Assembly: GCA_022509005.1 (NCBI GenBank)
Contig: JAFLUC010000001.1
Location: 10,521 to 74,520, forward strand
Origin: Oscillospiraceae bacterium
GTDB taxonomy: Bacteria > Bacillota > Clostridia > UBA1381
Direction of reading: 5' to 3'
DNA length: 64,000 nucleotides
Shown here in pieces: positions 1 to 10,585 of the stretch. Made by a program: the position numbers and the translations under genes. Position 1 is the first letter of the stretch. The number at the start of each line of letters is the position of its first letter. The notes beneath the pieces are model-generated. The model saw nothing but the letters and a program-made list of their open reading frames with translations. It did not search any database and had not been told where the DNA came from.

Positions 1-1559
1 GAAGCCTGAACAATACGCTCGCTTTCATTATCAAGCGCGGAGGTAGCCTCATCAAGAATAAGAACACGAGGATTCTTCAAAAATACTCTCGCGATCGAAA
101 TCCTTTGTTTCTGACCGCCTGAGAGCTTCACTCCCCTCTCTCCTACATATGTATCATATCCGTTGGGAAGCTGCATTATAAATTCATGTGCTCCGGCTGC
201 TTTTGCCGCCTCTATTATAGAGTCTCGAGATGCCCCAGGGCGTCCGTATTCAATATTTTCAAGCACCGTTCCGGAAAACAGATATACCTCCTGCTGTACA
301 ACGCCGATTGCGCTTCTCAGCGATTTAAGCGTAAAATCTCGTATATCTCTGCCGTCTAACAGAATGCTTCCATCTGTAACATCATAAAATCGCGGAATGA
401 GATTGCACAATGTTGTTTTTCCTCCTCCTGATGGACCTACAACCGCAACCGAGCCGCCCTCGGGTATTTTAAGATTAATCCCGCTCAAAACCTCCGAATT
501 ATCATCGCTGTAATGGAATGTGACATTTTTAAACTCAATTTCGCCGCGCACATGTTTAAGCTCGACCGCATCCTCTTTCTCTGTGATCTCGGCAGGCGTA
601 TCCATAATCTCGCAGAATCTTTCTATTCCTGTCATACCGCGCTGGAACTGCTCAGTAAACTGAATGAGCGTTTTTACCGAGGCAAACAGCGCGCTTACAT
701 ACAGAAGATATGCCGTAAAATCGCCGGGTGTAATTTTTCCTTTGGTCAAAAATACCGAACCTGCGACAACTACAGTAAGATACATTATACCTTCAAAGAA
801 ACGGTTTACGCTTCCGAAGCCACCCATATAGAAATATGTTTTTTTCTTCAATTTAAGATATTTGACATTTCCGTCTTCAAACTTTTTCTTTTCTATCTCT
901 TCATTAGCAAAAGATTTTACAACCCTTATACCTAAGAGAGAGTCCTCAACCTGAGAATTTATTTCGCCAACCTGTACACGCTGCTCCTTAAACACTTTAC
1001 GCATCTTTTTATTATAGAACTTAATAAAAATAAATACGAACGGAATCACAGCGAACACTATAAGCGTCAGAGACGGGCTTGCGCTGCTCAAAATAGCAAA
1101 TGACAGTATGAGCTTGAGTCCGGCTATAAACAGCTCCTCCGGTCCATGATGCGCAAATTCGGTTATATCAAATAAATCCGATGTTATCCTTGACATTATC
1201 TGTCCTATTTTATGATTTGAATAAAATGAAAACGACAGTTTCTGCAGATGTCCAAACAAATCGCGGCGCATATCGGTTTCCATTTTCGCGCCCATTACAT
1301 GACCTGTGTTCTGCATATAGAAATTCGCTGCCGCGTCAAGCAGACGCAGAGCAAAATATAATGCCGCCATTTTGATTATGAGTATTATCGTTAGCGATGC
1401 GGGGTTGTCAAATGCTGTATTTGTGATGTACCGCACAATTATAGGAAAAACGAGATCGCAAACCGTTGTGAGCGACGCACATAAAAGATCGAACACTATA
1501 ATCCATTTATATTTTTTATAATATGGTAAGAATCTGGCAAACAGATCCTTCATCTTCAT
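1..1559 (-). CDS. ABC transporter, fused permease/ATPase (exporter type); 3' end lies beyond the window
   Basis: Absent from the ORF track because it is truncated. My reverse-strand translation from the ATG at 1559 (MKMKDLFARFLPYYKKYKW...) gives a hydrophobic N-terminal half. This is followed by Walker A GPSGGGKTT, the ABC signature LSGGQKQRISIAR and Walker B VLILDEATSALD at the window edge. Confidence 0.85.
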   Translation of the reverse strand, partial: MKMKDLFARFLPYYKKYKWIIVFDLLCASLTTVCDLVFPIIVRYITNTAFDNPASLTIILIIKMAALYFALRLLDAAANFYMQNTGHVMGAKMETDMRRDLFGHLQKLSFSFYSNHKIGQIMSRITSDLFDITEFAHHGPEELFIAGLKLILSFAILSSASPSLTLIVFAVIPFVFIFIKFYNKKMRKVFKEQRVQVGEINSQVEDSLLGIRVVKSFANEEIEKKKFEDGNVKYLKLKKKTYFYMGGFGSVNRFFEGIMYLTVVVAGSVFLTKGKITPGDFTAYLLYVSALFASVKTLIQFTEQFQRGMTGIERFCEIMDTPAEITEKEDAVELKHVRGEIEFKNVTFHYSDDNSEVLSGINLKIPEGGSVAVVGPSGGGKTTLCNLIPRFYDVTDGSILLDGRDIRDFTLKSLRSAIGVVQQEVYLFSGTVLENIEYGRPGASRDSIIEAAKAAGAHEFIMQLPNGYDTYVGERGVKLSGGQKQRISIARVFLKNPRVLILDEATSALDNESERIVQA

Positions 1560-1714
1560 TGGTGTTGCCATTATTATCATCCTCCGGAAATATATTTAGA
1601 TTTTACCATATTTTTCGGGAGGTGTCAATAATAACATTTCGGGAGTCATAAACCGGTCCTTGTCCACGTATTTATAATATACAGGGTTTAAGGCAGTTTG
1701 AAAGGACAAGAGTT

Positions 1715-2833
1715 ATGAAACGTTTTAAGGCAGTAATTATAACAAAAAAGAATCTTACAAAAGCGGCTATAGCAATACTTGCGGTTTCAGCCTGCGCAGG
1801 AGTATGCTTCGGTATCAAACACAGCGAGCCGGAGGCAGTGGCAGTATTCTCCGACGCTGAGACAATACTTAACGAGGGCATGCCACGTTCGGATGATTTC
1901 AGTATTAAAAAATTTATTGCCTCAGTTCTCGGATTTGATGCAGACAAGCCTGAAACAATAATAGAAGGTTCATCAGAAATTTTTAAAGCAGCGGCAGAAA
2001 CAACCGAGACACCCGAAATTGTGACAGATTCACCGACAGAGCAGCCCGTCGCAGAACCGAACGAGCCTGTCACTGATGACATTGAGCTCCCTTCTCATGA
2101 TGAAATCATAGCAGCGACAAATATTCAAATCAAAAATGCAACTCAATATTCAGTAGACCTCGGCGCGCTTTGTGCGCAGCCGCTTGAAACGATACTCGAT
2201 AAAGGTGACAGTCCCGAAGTGCTTATCATGCATACTCATACCACTGAATGCTATGCAGGCGATGAAATGAGTGGTGAGGGCGAGCGCACAACAAATGAAT
2301 CGTATAACGTATGTGCCGTAGGTGATATTATTGCCGAGACGCTCGAGGGTTATGGCATAAGCGTTATACACGATAAAACCATACACGATTATCCGTCATA
2401 CCAGGGCGCTTATACAAGGGCTATGAATACAATAAATTCTGATCTTGAAACATACCCGAATGTCAAGGTTGTACTTGATATCCACCGTGACGCGTATGTC
2501 TATAGTGACGGAACAAAGCTCCGGGTTGCCGCAAATGTGAACGGAAGCGATACGGCTCAGGTCATGCTCGTTTTAGGCACCGACAGCATGGGGCTTTATC
2601 ACCCATACTGGCGCTCAAATCTTTCGCTTGCAACAAAAATCCAAAGTGCTGCGGAAATAATGTATCCGGGACTAATGCGCCCTATCGATCTGCGCAGTGA
2701 GAGATTCAACATGCATGCTACAAAAGGCTCAATACTTATTGAAATCGGAAGCAATGGCAATAGCTTAGCAGAAGCAAAATCCTCGGCAGGATATATCGGA
2801 AATGCAATCGCCGCGGCACTGCTTAATGGATAG
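1715..2833 (+). CDS. spoIIP: stage II sporulation protein P (SpoIIP-family cell-wall amidase)
   Basis: 372-aa ORF with an N-terminal membrane anchor and SpoIIP-type blocks VLIMHTHTTECY, VVLDIHRDA and QVMLVLG. An SD-like AAAGGA lies upstream. Confidence 0.8.
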   Translation: MKRFKAVIITKKNLTKAAIAILAVSACAGVCFGIKHSEPEAVAVFSDAETILNEGMPRSDDFSIKKFIASVLGFDADKPETIIEGSSEIFKAAAETTETPEIVTDSPTEQPVAEPNEPVTDDIELPSHDEIIAATNIQIKNATQYSVDLGALCAQPLETILDKGDSPEVLIMHTHTTECYAGDEMSGEGERTTNESYNVCAVGDIIAETLEGYGISVIHDKTIHDYPSYQGAYTRAMNTINSDLETYPNVKVVLDIHRDAYVYSDGTKLRVAANVNGSDTAQVMLVLGTDSMGLYHPYWRSNLSLATKIQSAAEIMYPGLMRPIDLRSERFNMHATKGSILIEIGSNGNSLAEAKSSAGYIGNAIAAALLNG

Positions 2834-3707
2834 ATTCACCTAAAAGCGGCGCAACCTTCTTTTTCTGTGCGAGCAGCACACCCAAAAGAATCATCGCTCC
2901 GCCCATAAGCTGACCGGGACCTATAAATTCGCCGAGTACAAGCGAACCGAGAATGACGCTCGTTACAGGTTCTAAAGTCGAAAGAATTCCCGCCTCCTGC
3001 GCGCCCTCATACCGCACGCCAAGCTGGAACAGCGGCATTGCGCCAAGTGTTACGATAAGCGATATTACAGCCGAGAAGCTCCATGAGAGCGGTGAAATAT
3101 CAAAATAGAGTGAGCGCATCGCAGCTCCGAAAATCAGCATTGAAGCGCTCATAATCAGCATCATGTAAAATGTGAGAACAACGTAGTCCATTCTGTCAAG
3201 TCCCGAACGGTCAATATATACAACATAGAAGCTGTAGAAAATTCCTGACAGAATTGCAAGAACGATTCCTGTTATATCCGAGGTTGTACCGATATCGGCA
3301 AACATAAATACCCCTACCGTTACGAACATTACGGCGCTGAGTGTTATTCTCGATAGCTTTTCGCGATATATCACCGCAGATGAGATCACAACGAGAAGAG
3401 GATATATAAAATGCAGCGTTGAAGCAAGTCCGGTTGCAATATAATGATATGAAATATATAAAAGAAGTATCGGCATTGTGCCGCCAAACACTCCGAGGAT
3501 TATTACCTTTTTTATCTGATTCCGGTCAAGGCGCAGATTTCTTTTATCAGCGCGGATTATAGCATACAGCACCGGAAGTGAAATAACGCTGCGCAAAAAC
3601 GTAAGCGTAACACCGTTAATGCCGCCGCGATAAGATATTGCGGTCAGCACCGGCAGTATGCCGTAGAGTATCGCGGAAATAACCAGGCATATTTTACCCT
3701 TTCTCAT
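2823..3707 (-). CDS. EamA/DMT-family membrane transporter
   Basis: 294-aa polytopic hydrophobic ORF with about 10 predicted helices and the two-halves architecture typical of EamA. Confidence 0.75.
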   Translation of the reverse strand: MRKGKICLVISAILYGILPVLTAISYRGGINGVTLTFLRSVISLPVLYAIIRADKRNLRLDRNQIKKVIILGVFGGTMPILLLYISYHYIATGLASTLHFIYPLLVVISSAVIYREKLSRITLSAVMFVTVGVFMFADIGTTSDITGIVLAILSGIFYSFYVVYIDRSGLDRMDYVVLTFYMMLIMSASMLIFGAAMRSLYFDISPLSWSFSAVISLIVTLGAMPLFQLGVRYEGAQEAGILSTLEPVTSVILGSLVLGEFIGPGQLMGGAMILLGVLLAQKKKVAPLLGESIH

Positions 3708-3772
3708 AAAAATCCTCCTTTTTTGATTTTTATGATATTATTTCCCGATTTTTAGTAATTAATACAAAAATA

Positions 3773-4318
3773 TCAGTATATTATAGCAGAAATAATCCAA
3801 TAGTTAAGTCTCTCCTCCGAGTCGTCCGGTTCTGCGCTTGATGTTATAGTCACAGTTCTCGTCTCGTCATCCCATTGCACATCAGCATTAAAGGCTTCTG
3901 ACACTGCGCGCAGCGGCACAAAGGTTCTGTCCTTAATGATACGAGTTGCAACATCAAGTTCAACCGTATGGGTCGCTCCTGCCCATGCTGCACCCGGCTT
4001 TGTAGATGTATTAATTACATTCTTTTCCATAGTTGATTCGCCAATAGTCATACCGACATAATAATCTCCATACTCTCCCCATATTGTAACCCTCTGCCAC
4101 TGATTCATCTCATTCCACGTTACAGTTTTATTCAACGCCTCTGCAATCACGCGTACAGGAACAAGCACATGATTATTTTCCATCACCGGTGCCACATCAA
4201 ACTGAAGCTCCACGCCATCAACAATCACCTTTATATCCTCGTCTTCGGCATGTGAAATCGGTATATGCACCGCCAGAATCATTATAACTGACATGATGAC
4301 AGATATTATTTTTTTCAT
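3773..4318 (-). CDS. secreted copper-amine-oxidase N-terminal-like (stalk) domain protein
   Basis: Signal peptide followed by the VDG.ELQFDV.P....VLVPVR..AEALN and DR.FVPLRAVSEA blocks. I place the start at MKKIIS (4318), behind GGAGG, rather than at the track start 4339. Confidence 0.7.
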   Translation of the reverse strand: MKKIISVIMSVIMILAVHIPISHAEDEDIKVIVDGVELQFDVAPVMENNHVLVPVRVIAEALNKTVTWNEMNQWQRVTIWGEYGDYYVGMTIGESTMEKNVINTSTKPGAAWAGATHTVELDVATRIIKDRTFVPLRAVSEAFNADVQWDDETRTVTITSSAEPDDSEERLNYWIISAIIY

Positions 4319-4396
4319 ATTGTATACCTCCATTCGCATGAGTTTCTATATTAAATGCGATTCAGAATCATAAATTATAGTGACTGAGTATCCACC

Positions 4397-5662
4397 TCAT
4401 ATTGCGTTACCAGTCCCATGTCTCCTGCCGGTAGGCACAGGTACTAATGAAAAATAAATTTCCTTAGTTACGCTTTCCCCTTTGCTGTTTGTCACTTTAA
4501 CTATTGCGACAAGTTTGACTTCGTCATCATCTCCTTGCAGCAGGTGATTTTCTCTAATTGCTTCAATATCAGGTTTCCATGTAGCTGTCTCAGTATATAT
4601 TGCATCCTTATCAGGTTTAACCCAACCGGTATCATTACCTATGCAAATCTCTTCAAATGTTCCGTAAGGTGGGCATGTCCACTCATATGTATATGTATCA
4701 TCAGCACTGCCGTTTTTTACCGATACCATAATCGGAAATCCTGCTAATGGGTTTGTTGATGAATTATGCTGTATATCTAATTCAAATGGCTCGACTTGCT
4801 TCGGCATATGAATTGATCCCATAAGCGCATGTCCTGCCGAAAATTCAACATGCTCTGTTACACTTTCTCCTTTACTGTTTGTGACTTTTACAGAGACACA
4901 TACTTTAAAGTTTTCATAATTCCAGCTATCATTATATTTCCATACAGCAGTTTCACTATAAACGGCATCTTTTTCCGGTTTCTTCCATACGATATCATTA
5001 CCGGAATGTATACTTTCAAAGTTTCCTTCGGAACAGGACCATTCATATGTATATGTTTCGTCAGGTTCGTCACTGAAAACAGAAACCATAATAGCTTGGC
5101 TGCCCGAAATAGGAACATGAGAACCGGGAATATTCTTATCTAAATAGAAAGATTTATCATCATAGAATTTATCATACCAATAGTCATATCTCTCATCACG
5201 GTCAGCAGGTTCGGGACTTGATGTTATATTTACAGTTCTAGTCGCGCTGTTCCACTGCACATCGGCCTTAAGCGCTTCCGATACTGCGCGAAGCGGAACA
5301 AAGGCTCTGTCTTTGATAATACGCGTCGGAACATCAAGTTCAACTGTATGAATTTGGGGAATCAGCTGCTTTTCCATAGTTGATTCACCAATAGTAAACT
5401 GGAGAAAATAATCTCCATACTCTCCTCTTATTGTGACCCTCTGCCACTGATCCTTCACATGCCACTCTACAGTTTTATTCAGCGCCTCAGCAAGCGCTCG
5501 TACCGGCACAAGCACACAGTCATTTTCTATCACCGGCGGCACATCAAACTGTAGCTCCGTACCGTCAACAATCACTTTCACATCATCTTCAGCCAGCGAA
5601 ACAGGTACATGCACCGCCAGAATCATCGCAGCAGACAAGATGACTGATATTAATTTTTTCAT
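4397..5662 (-). CDS. paralogous copper-amine-oxidase N-terminal-like domain protein with two C-terminal ~110-aa repeats
   Basis: The N-terminal ~165 aa are highly similar to the neighbouring 3773-4318 product. The C-terminal half contains two copies of a module with YTYEW(S/T)C ... VKVTNSKGESVT. I place the start at MKKLIS (5662), behind GGAGG. Confidence 0.7.
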   Translation of the reverse strand: MKKLISVILSAAMILAVHVPVSLAEDDVKVIVDGTELQFDVPPVIENDCVLVPVRALAEALNKTVEWHVKDQWQRVTIRGEYGDYFLQFTIGESTMEKQLIPQIHTVELDVPTRIIKDRAFVPLRAVSEALKADVQWNSATRTVNITSSPEPADRDERYDYWYDKFYDDKSFYLDKNIPGSHVPISGSQAIMVSVFSDEPDETYTYEWSCSEGNFESIHSGNDIVWKKPEKDAVYSETAVWKYNDSWNYENFKVCVSVKVTNSKGESVTEHVEFSAGHALMGSIHMPKQVEPFELDIQHNSSTNPLAGFPIMVSVKNGSADDTYTYEWTCPPYGTFEEICIGNDTGWVKPDKDAIYTETATWKPDIEAIRENHLLQGDDDEVKLVAIVKVTNSKGESVTKEIYFSLVPVPTGRRHGTGNAI

Positions 5663-5793
5663 ATTATAGCCTCCATTCACATAAGTTTCTGTATAAAATA
5701 CGATTCAGACTTACAAATGGTTGCATTAATATTAAAAAAATTTGAAAGAACCCAGATGAATATCGTTTGATCATTCACCCGAGTTCTGTAAAT

Positions 5794-7083
5794 TCATCTC
5801 TCGTCAGCTTTCTTTTTTATCTTTTCCCAATATGCCTTTGCGGCATTTTCTGTTTTATTGTCCCCGTATTCGTAATATTTTCTGTCCTTTATGTTATCCG
5901 GCAAATACTGTTGGGTTACATAATGGTTCGGGTATGAATGCGGATATTTATAATCTATACCATGACCAAGATTTTTAGAGCCGCCATAGTGCGAATCCTT
6001 CAAATGCGCTGGGATGTCGCCTGTATCCTTGCTCTTTATATCTGAAAGCGCCGCATCTATAGCGTTTATCGCGCTGTTTGACTTTGGCGCAGTCGCAAGT
6101 AAGATAACAGCCTCGGCAAGCGGGATCCGTGCCTCAGGAAGCCCAAGCTGCAAAGCGGAGTTTACGCATGAATTCACAATAGTCGCAGCCATAGGATATG
6201 CAAGCCCGATATCCTCGGATGCCATTACAAGAATTCGGCGGCATATGCTCGGCAGATCACCTGCCGCGATAAGCCGCGCAAGATAGTGCACAGCCGCGTC
6301 AGGGTCTGAGCCGCGAACCGATTTCTGGAACGCGGACAGTATATCATAATGACTGTCTCCGTCCTTATCATAGCGTAAAGCCTTTTTTTGTGCTGCCTGT
6401 TCGGCTAAATCAAGTGTGAGATACAATTTCCCGTCCTTGTCAGGATGAACAGCCATAAACACAGCTTCAAGCGCGTTGAGCGCTTTTCTTACATCGCCGT
6501 TTGCCGAATGTGCAAGATGCGTTATCGCGTCATTGTCTATTACTGTTTCAAACCCACTCCAAAGTTCGGCTGATAGTTTATCAGCTGCTCGGCGGAGTGA
6601 TATTTCTACATCCTCGGGTGAAACGGGCTTGAATTCAAATACTATACTTCTCGATAAAACAGCGTTATACACATAAAAATACGGGTTTTCCGTTGTACTC
6701 GCAATAAGAGTGATCTTACCGTTTTCCATAAATTCCAACAGTGACTGCTGCTGTTTTTTATTAAAATGCTGTATCTCGTCAAGATACAGCAGCACCCCCT
6801 CCGGTGCAAGAAATGAATCAAGAGTGCCAACAATATGCTTTATATCCGCCACAGACGCGGTTGTAGCGTTGAGACGGTGGAGCGTTTTTCCTGTTTTTGC
6901 CGCAATAATATTGGCAACTGTAGTCTTTCCTACACCGCTCGGACCGTAAAAAACCATATTAGGCACTTCGTTATTTTCTATTATGTTTCTCAGAAGCTTT
7001 CCCTCTCCTAAGAGATGCTTCTGCCCGACCACATCATCTAAAGTCTGCGGTCTTATTCTGTCTGCAAGAGGTGTTGTATTCAT
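5794..7083 (-). CDS. rarA: replication-associated recombination protein A (AAA+ ATPase)
   Basis: LADRIRPQTLDDVVGQKHLLG, Walker A GPSGVGKTT and Walker B LYLDEIQHFNK, with a MgsA-type C-terminal domain. Full-length colinearity with RarA/MgsA. Confidence 0.9.
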   Translation of the reverse strand: MNTTPLADRIRPQTLDDVVGQKHLLGEGKLLRNIIENNEVPNMVFYGPSGVGKTTVANIIAAKTGKTLHRLNATTASVADIKHIVGTLDSFLAPEGVLLYLDEIQHFNKKQQQSLLEFMENGKITLIASTTENPYFYVYNAVLSRSIVFEFKPVSPEDVEISLRRAADKLSAELWSGFETVIDNDAITHLAHSANGDVRKALNALEAVFMAVHPDKDGKLYLTLDLAEQAAQKKALRYDKDGDSHYDILSAFQKSVRGSDPDAAVHYLARLIAAGDLPSICRRILVMASEDIGLAYPMAATIVNSCVNSALQLGLPEARIPLAEAVILLATAPKSNSAINAIDAALSDIKSKDTGDIPAHLKDSHYGGSKNLGHGIDYKYPHSYPNHYVTQQYLPDNIKDRKYYEYGDNKTENAAKAYWEKIKKKADER

Positions 7084-7895
7084 TATTTTTCAAGCTTTGC
7101 TTTGATATCGGCTCTGAGCTTTTCAATCTCTTCTTCGGAAATAGTCGTCATAAACGAACGGCGGCATTCCTCGATATGGTCAAGCTTTTCGAGCGCACCC
7201 TCATAATCCTTAAGCTTACATGCAACCTGCGCTGCATGATACCACGCTTCTACAAATTTCGGGCTTGTTTCAATGACCTTATCCGAAATTTCCTTGGCCT
7301 TTTCATATTCGCCTCTGTTATAGTAACAGATAAGCATATTATCGCATATATCACGATCATCATCTGCGTACTCATAGGCTTCCTTGCAGAAATCAAACGT
7401 ATCCTGACTCATAGGATCAACAATAATCTTAAAGAAGCCAAGCATACCGTAATGCATAATACTTCTGAATCCCTCATTGTACAATTCAACAGCATCCTCT
7501 ATTGCCTCTTCAATATTACCCTGCTTATAGTAGCACATACAGCGCTGGATGATTGCGCGATTTCTGTATTCCGGTTTTATTTTATATGCAAGCATATGAT
7601 TAACAACCGACTCAGCCTCATCAATATCACCTGTACGGAGCAGTACATATGAATATTCAATTCTTATATCACCATTGGCATGACCTGTATCCATTGCCTT
7701 TTTGAAATATTTTTTCGCACCCTTGTAATCGCCGTCCATATAGCATTTTCTGCCCTTTGCACGATAGATTACAGGTATGTTCTTATAAATAAAATACGCC
7801 ATTATAATAACAAATGCCGCTAAACCGAGAAAGAGATTATACTTTGTAAGAAAAAATAATAACGCTAAAACTATAATAACATTTAAAAATTTCAT
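7083..7895 (-). CDS. membrane-anchored TPR-repeat protein
   Basis: Two N-terminal hydrophobic helices followed by repeated TPR-like 34-aa units (GDYKGAKKYFKKAM, GDIDEAESV, GNIEEAIEDA, GEYEKAKEIS, KDYEGALEKL). Confidence 0.6.
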   Translation of the reverse strand: MKFLNVIIVLALLFFLTKYNLFLGLAAFVIIMAYFIYKNIPVIYRAKGRKCYMDGDYKGAKKYFKKAMDTGHANGDIRIEYSYVLLRTGDIDEAESVVNHMLAYKIKPEYRNRAIIQRCMCYYKQGNIEEAIEDAVELYNEGFRSIMHYGMLGFFKIIVDPMSQDTFDFCKEAYEYADDDRDICDNMLICYYNRGEYEKAKEISDKVIETSPKFVEAWYHAAQVACKLKDYEGALEKLDHIEECRRSFMTTISEEEIEKLRADIKAKLEK

Positions 7896-7936
7896 TTGTT
7901 TTCACCTTTCAAATAATATCAGATAAAGTACAACAA

Positions 7937-7958
7937 GCCGCGCTTGTATCAGCGCGGC
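7937..7958 (-). terminator. intrinsic terminator after asnS
   Basis: GCCGCGC-loop-GCGCGGC stem immediately downstream of the asnS stop. On the minus strand it is followed by a T-rich tract. Confidence 0.5.
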
Positions 7959-7969
7959 ATTGAATACAT

Positions 7970-9361
7970 TTAAAATTCTGCTGTTCCTACAGTACGCGGG
8001 AACGGAAGTACATCACGGATATTCTGCATGCCTGTTATATACATAACAGCACGCTCAAAGCCGAGTCCGAAGCCTGCATGCTTATTCGTTCCGTACTTTC
8101 TGAGATCGAGATACCAGTCATAATCCTTCGGATCAAGACCAAGCTCCTGCATTCTCTCTATAAGAACATCATAGTTCTCCTCACGCTGAGATCCGCCTAT
8201 AATCTCTCCGATACCCGGAACGAGAACATCACATGCTGCAACAGTCTTTTTATCGTCATTGAGCTTCATATAGAACGCCTTGATCTCCTTCGGATAGTCT
8301 GTGACCATTACAGGACGCTTAAAGACTGTTTCTGTAAGATAGCGCTCATGCTCTGTCTGCAAATCGTTGCCCCATTCAACCTTGTACTGGAAGTTGTCGT
8401 TATTCTTCTTGAGGATTTCAATCGCTTCTGTATATGTCACGCGCGCAAACTCATTTGATACGACGTTATTAAGTCTTTCGAGCAAGCCCTTATCTATAAA
8501 TTTGTTGAAGAATTCCATCTCTTCCGGCGCGTTTTCAAGACAATAGTTAATTATATACTTTAACATATCCTCTGCCAGATCCATATCATCATTAAGGTCT
8601 GCAAAGGCGATTTCCGGCTCAATCATCCAGAACTCAGCCGCATGGCGGGTAGTATTGGAGTTTTCAGCGCGGAATGTCGGTCCGAATGTATATACGTTTC
8701 TGAACGCCATGCAGTATGTTTCAACATTGAGCTGACCGCTTACGGTGAGGTTTGTGCTCTTGCCGAAAAAGTCCTCGCTGTAATCTATGCTGCCGTCTTC
8801 ATTCTTCGGAAGGTTATCCATATCAAGAGTTGTTACCTTGAACATCTCGCCTGCACCCTCACAGTCGCTGCCTGTTATTATCGGCGTGTGCACATATACA
8901 AAGCCGCGCTTCTGGAAAAATTCATGAATCGCATATGCAATCATTGAGCGTACTCTGAATACTGCTGCAAATGTATTTGTTCTCGGTCTGAGATGCGCGA
9001 TTGTGCGGAGATATTCAAACGAGTGCCGCTTTTTCTGAAGCGGATAATCCGGAGTTGAAACTCCGTCTATCACAACATTCTGTGCCTTTATTTCAAACGG
9101 CTGCTTAGCCTGCGGAGTAAGCTCAAGAATACCTGTAACTGTAATAGCAGCACCAACATTGAGCTTTGCAAGCTCGCTGTAGTTTTCAAGCTTATCAGCC
9201 TCTATAACCACCTGAATGCCGCTGAAAAAGCTTCCGTCATTAAGCTCGATAAAACCGAAATTCTTTGATGCTCTTACAGTTCTTACCCAGCCCGATACGG
9301 TTATCTCTTTTCCTCCATATGTTTCTGTATCACGATAAATACTTTTAACTACTGTTTTCAT
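7970..9361 (-). CDS. asnS: asparagine--tRNA ligase
   Basis: 463 aa with an OB-fold N-terminus and class II motifs ([31 protein letters not shown]). Typical AsnS length. Confidence 0.95.
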   Translation of the reverse strand: MKTVVKSIYRDTETYGGKEITVSGWVRTVRASKNFGFIELNDGSFFSGIQVVIEADKLENYSELAKLNVGAAITVTGILELTPQAKQPFEIKAQNVVIDGVSTPDYPLQKKRHSFEYLRTIAHLRPRTNTFAAVFRVRSMIAYAIHEFFQKRGFVYVHTPIITGSDCEGAGEMFKVTTLDMDNLPKNEDGSIDYSEDFFGKSTNLTVSGQLNVETYCMAFRNVYTFGPTFRAENSNTTRHAAEFWMIEPEIAFADLNDDMDLAEDMLKYIINYCLENAPEEMEFFNKFIDKGLLERLNNVVSNEFARVTYTEAIEILKKNNDNFQYKVEWGNDLQTEHERYLTETVFKRPVMVTDYPKEIKAFYMKLNDDKKTVAACDVLVPGIGEIIGGSQREENYDVLIERMQELGLDPKDYDWYLDLRKYGTNKHAGFGLGFERAVMYITGMQNIRDVLPFPRTVGTAEF

Positions 9362-9379
9362 TTCTATTCCTCTATTATG

Positions 9380-10393
9380 TTATAATATGTTTATACCGTT
9401 TTCGCGGCAAGTTTTAATCATATCCTTAGGCCACACGCTCTGCTGAACCTCGCCGATATGCGCTTTGTTGAGCATAATCATACAAAGACGTGACTGACCA
9501 ATACCGCCGCCTATTGTATACGGCAGCTCTTTGTTGAGAATCATCTTGTGGAAATCAAGCTCCATTCTGTCCAGACAATCCGCTTCTTCGAGCTGTGATT
9601 TAAGAGAATTCTCGTCAACTCTTACGCCCATTGATGAAAGTTCAAACGCAACATCAAGCAGCGGATAGTAAACAACTATATCAGCATTAAGCTCCCAATC
9701 GTCATAGTCCGGCGCGCGTCCATCATGGCGGATTCCCGATTCAAGAACTTTACCAATCTGCATGATGCACGCTGCATGATGCTCTCTTAAGAACTTATTC
9801 TCCCGCTCCTTCGGAGTATCATCCGGATACATATCCTCGAGCTCCTGAGTTGTTATGAATGTTATATCCTCCTTGAAGCAGTTTATAAGCTCCTCATACT
9901 CCGCGCATACTTTCTTTGCAGTTCTGCGCATTGAAGCATAAATACGTCTTACAACCTCCTTAAGCGTAACAAGACTGCGCTGACTCTTTTCAATTACGGC
10001 CTCCCAGTCCCACTGGTCAACGTACATTGAATGAAGGTTATCAACCTCCTCATCACGTCTTATAGCGTTCATATCGGTATAAAGACCTTCGCCCGGCTGG
10101 AAGTTGTACTTTCCGAGGGTGAGTCTTTTCCATTTTGCAAGCGAATGAACAATTTCAAGATTTGCGCCGCCGATGCACGGAGCGTCAAAGTTTACAGGAC
10201 GCTCAACGCCGTTTAAGTTGTCATTAAGACCGGTTTCAGGTCTTACAAACAGCGGTGCTGAAACACGCTGAAGGTTCATTGCCGCGATAAGCTCACGCTG
10301 GAAGGTGTCCTTTATGAACTTAATAGCAGTCTCCGTAGTTCTGCCGTCAAGAGCAGAGCTGTAATTTTCAGGAATTATCAATCCCATTTCCAC
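9380..10393 (-). CDS. asnA: aspartate--ammonia ligase (asparagine synthetase A)
   Basis: 337 aa. Blocks RVSAPLFV, DNLNGVERPV, VDQWDWE and GGGIGQSRLCM are diagnostic of AsnA. Confidence 0.9.
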   Translation of the reverse strand: MEMGLIIPENYSSALDGRTTETAIKFIKDTFQRELIAAMNLQRVSAPLFVRPETGLNDNLNGVERPVNFDAPCIGGANLEIVHSLAKWKRLTLGKYNFQPGEGLYTDMNAIRRDEEVDNLHSMYVDQWDWEAVIEKSQRSLVTLKEVVRRIYASMRRTAKKVCAEYEELINCFKEDITFITTQELEDMYPDDTPKERENKFLREHHAACIMQIGKVLESGIRHDGRAPDYDDWELNADIVVYYPLLDVAFELSSMGVRVDENSLKSQLEEADCLDRMELDFHKMILNKELPYTIGGGIGQSRLCMIMLNKAHIGEVQQSVWPKDMIKTCRENGINIL

Positions 10394-10417
10394 TTACCTC
10401 TTTTCCTTTTTGTATAA

Positions 10418-10585
10418 TCAATCAACAATTTCTATGTTATCAAGCTGCGCACGGAAGCTTTTCCGGATCGCTGCAAGATATTCTTTTCTTAACTCGGCCT
10501 GCTCGGCCTTTTCGGCATCAGTTAATTCCCCTGCCTTCTGCTTTTTTGCAAGCTCATTGATTCGTTCAATTTTCTTTTTATCCAT
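10418..10585 (-). CDS. small DUF896/UPF0291 (YnzC-like) protein, 55 aa
   Basis: Below the track cutoff. My translation is MDKKKIERINELAKKQKAGELTDAEKAEQAELRKEYLAAIRKSFRAQLDNIEIVD-stop, which matches the YnzC-family pattern. Its ATG overlaps the upstream stop (TAATG). Confidence 0.75.
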   Translation of the reverse strand: MDKKKIERINELAKKQKAGELTDAEKAEQAELRKEYLAAIRKSFRAQLDNIEIVD

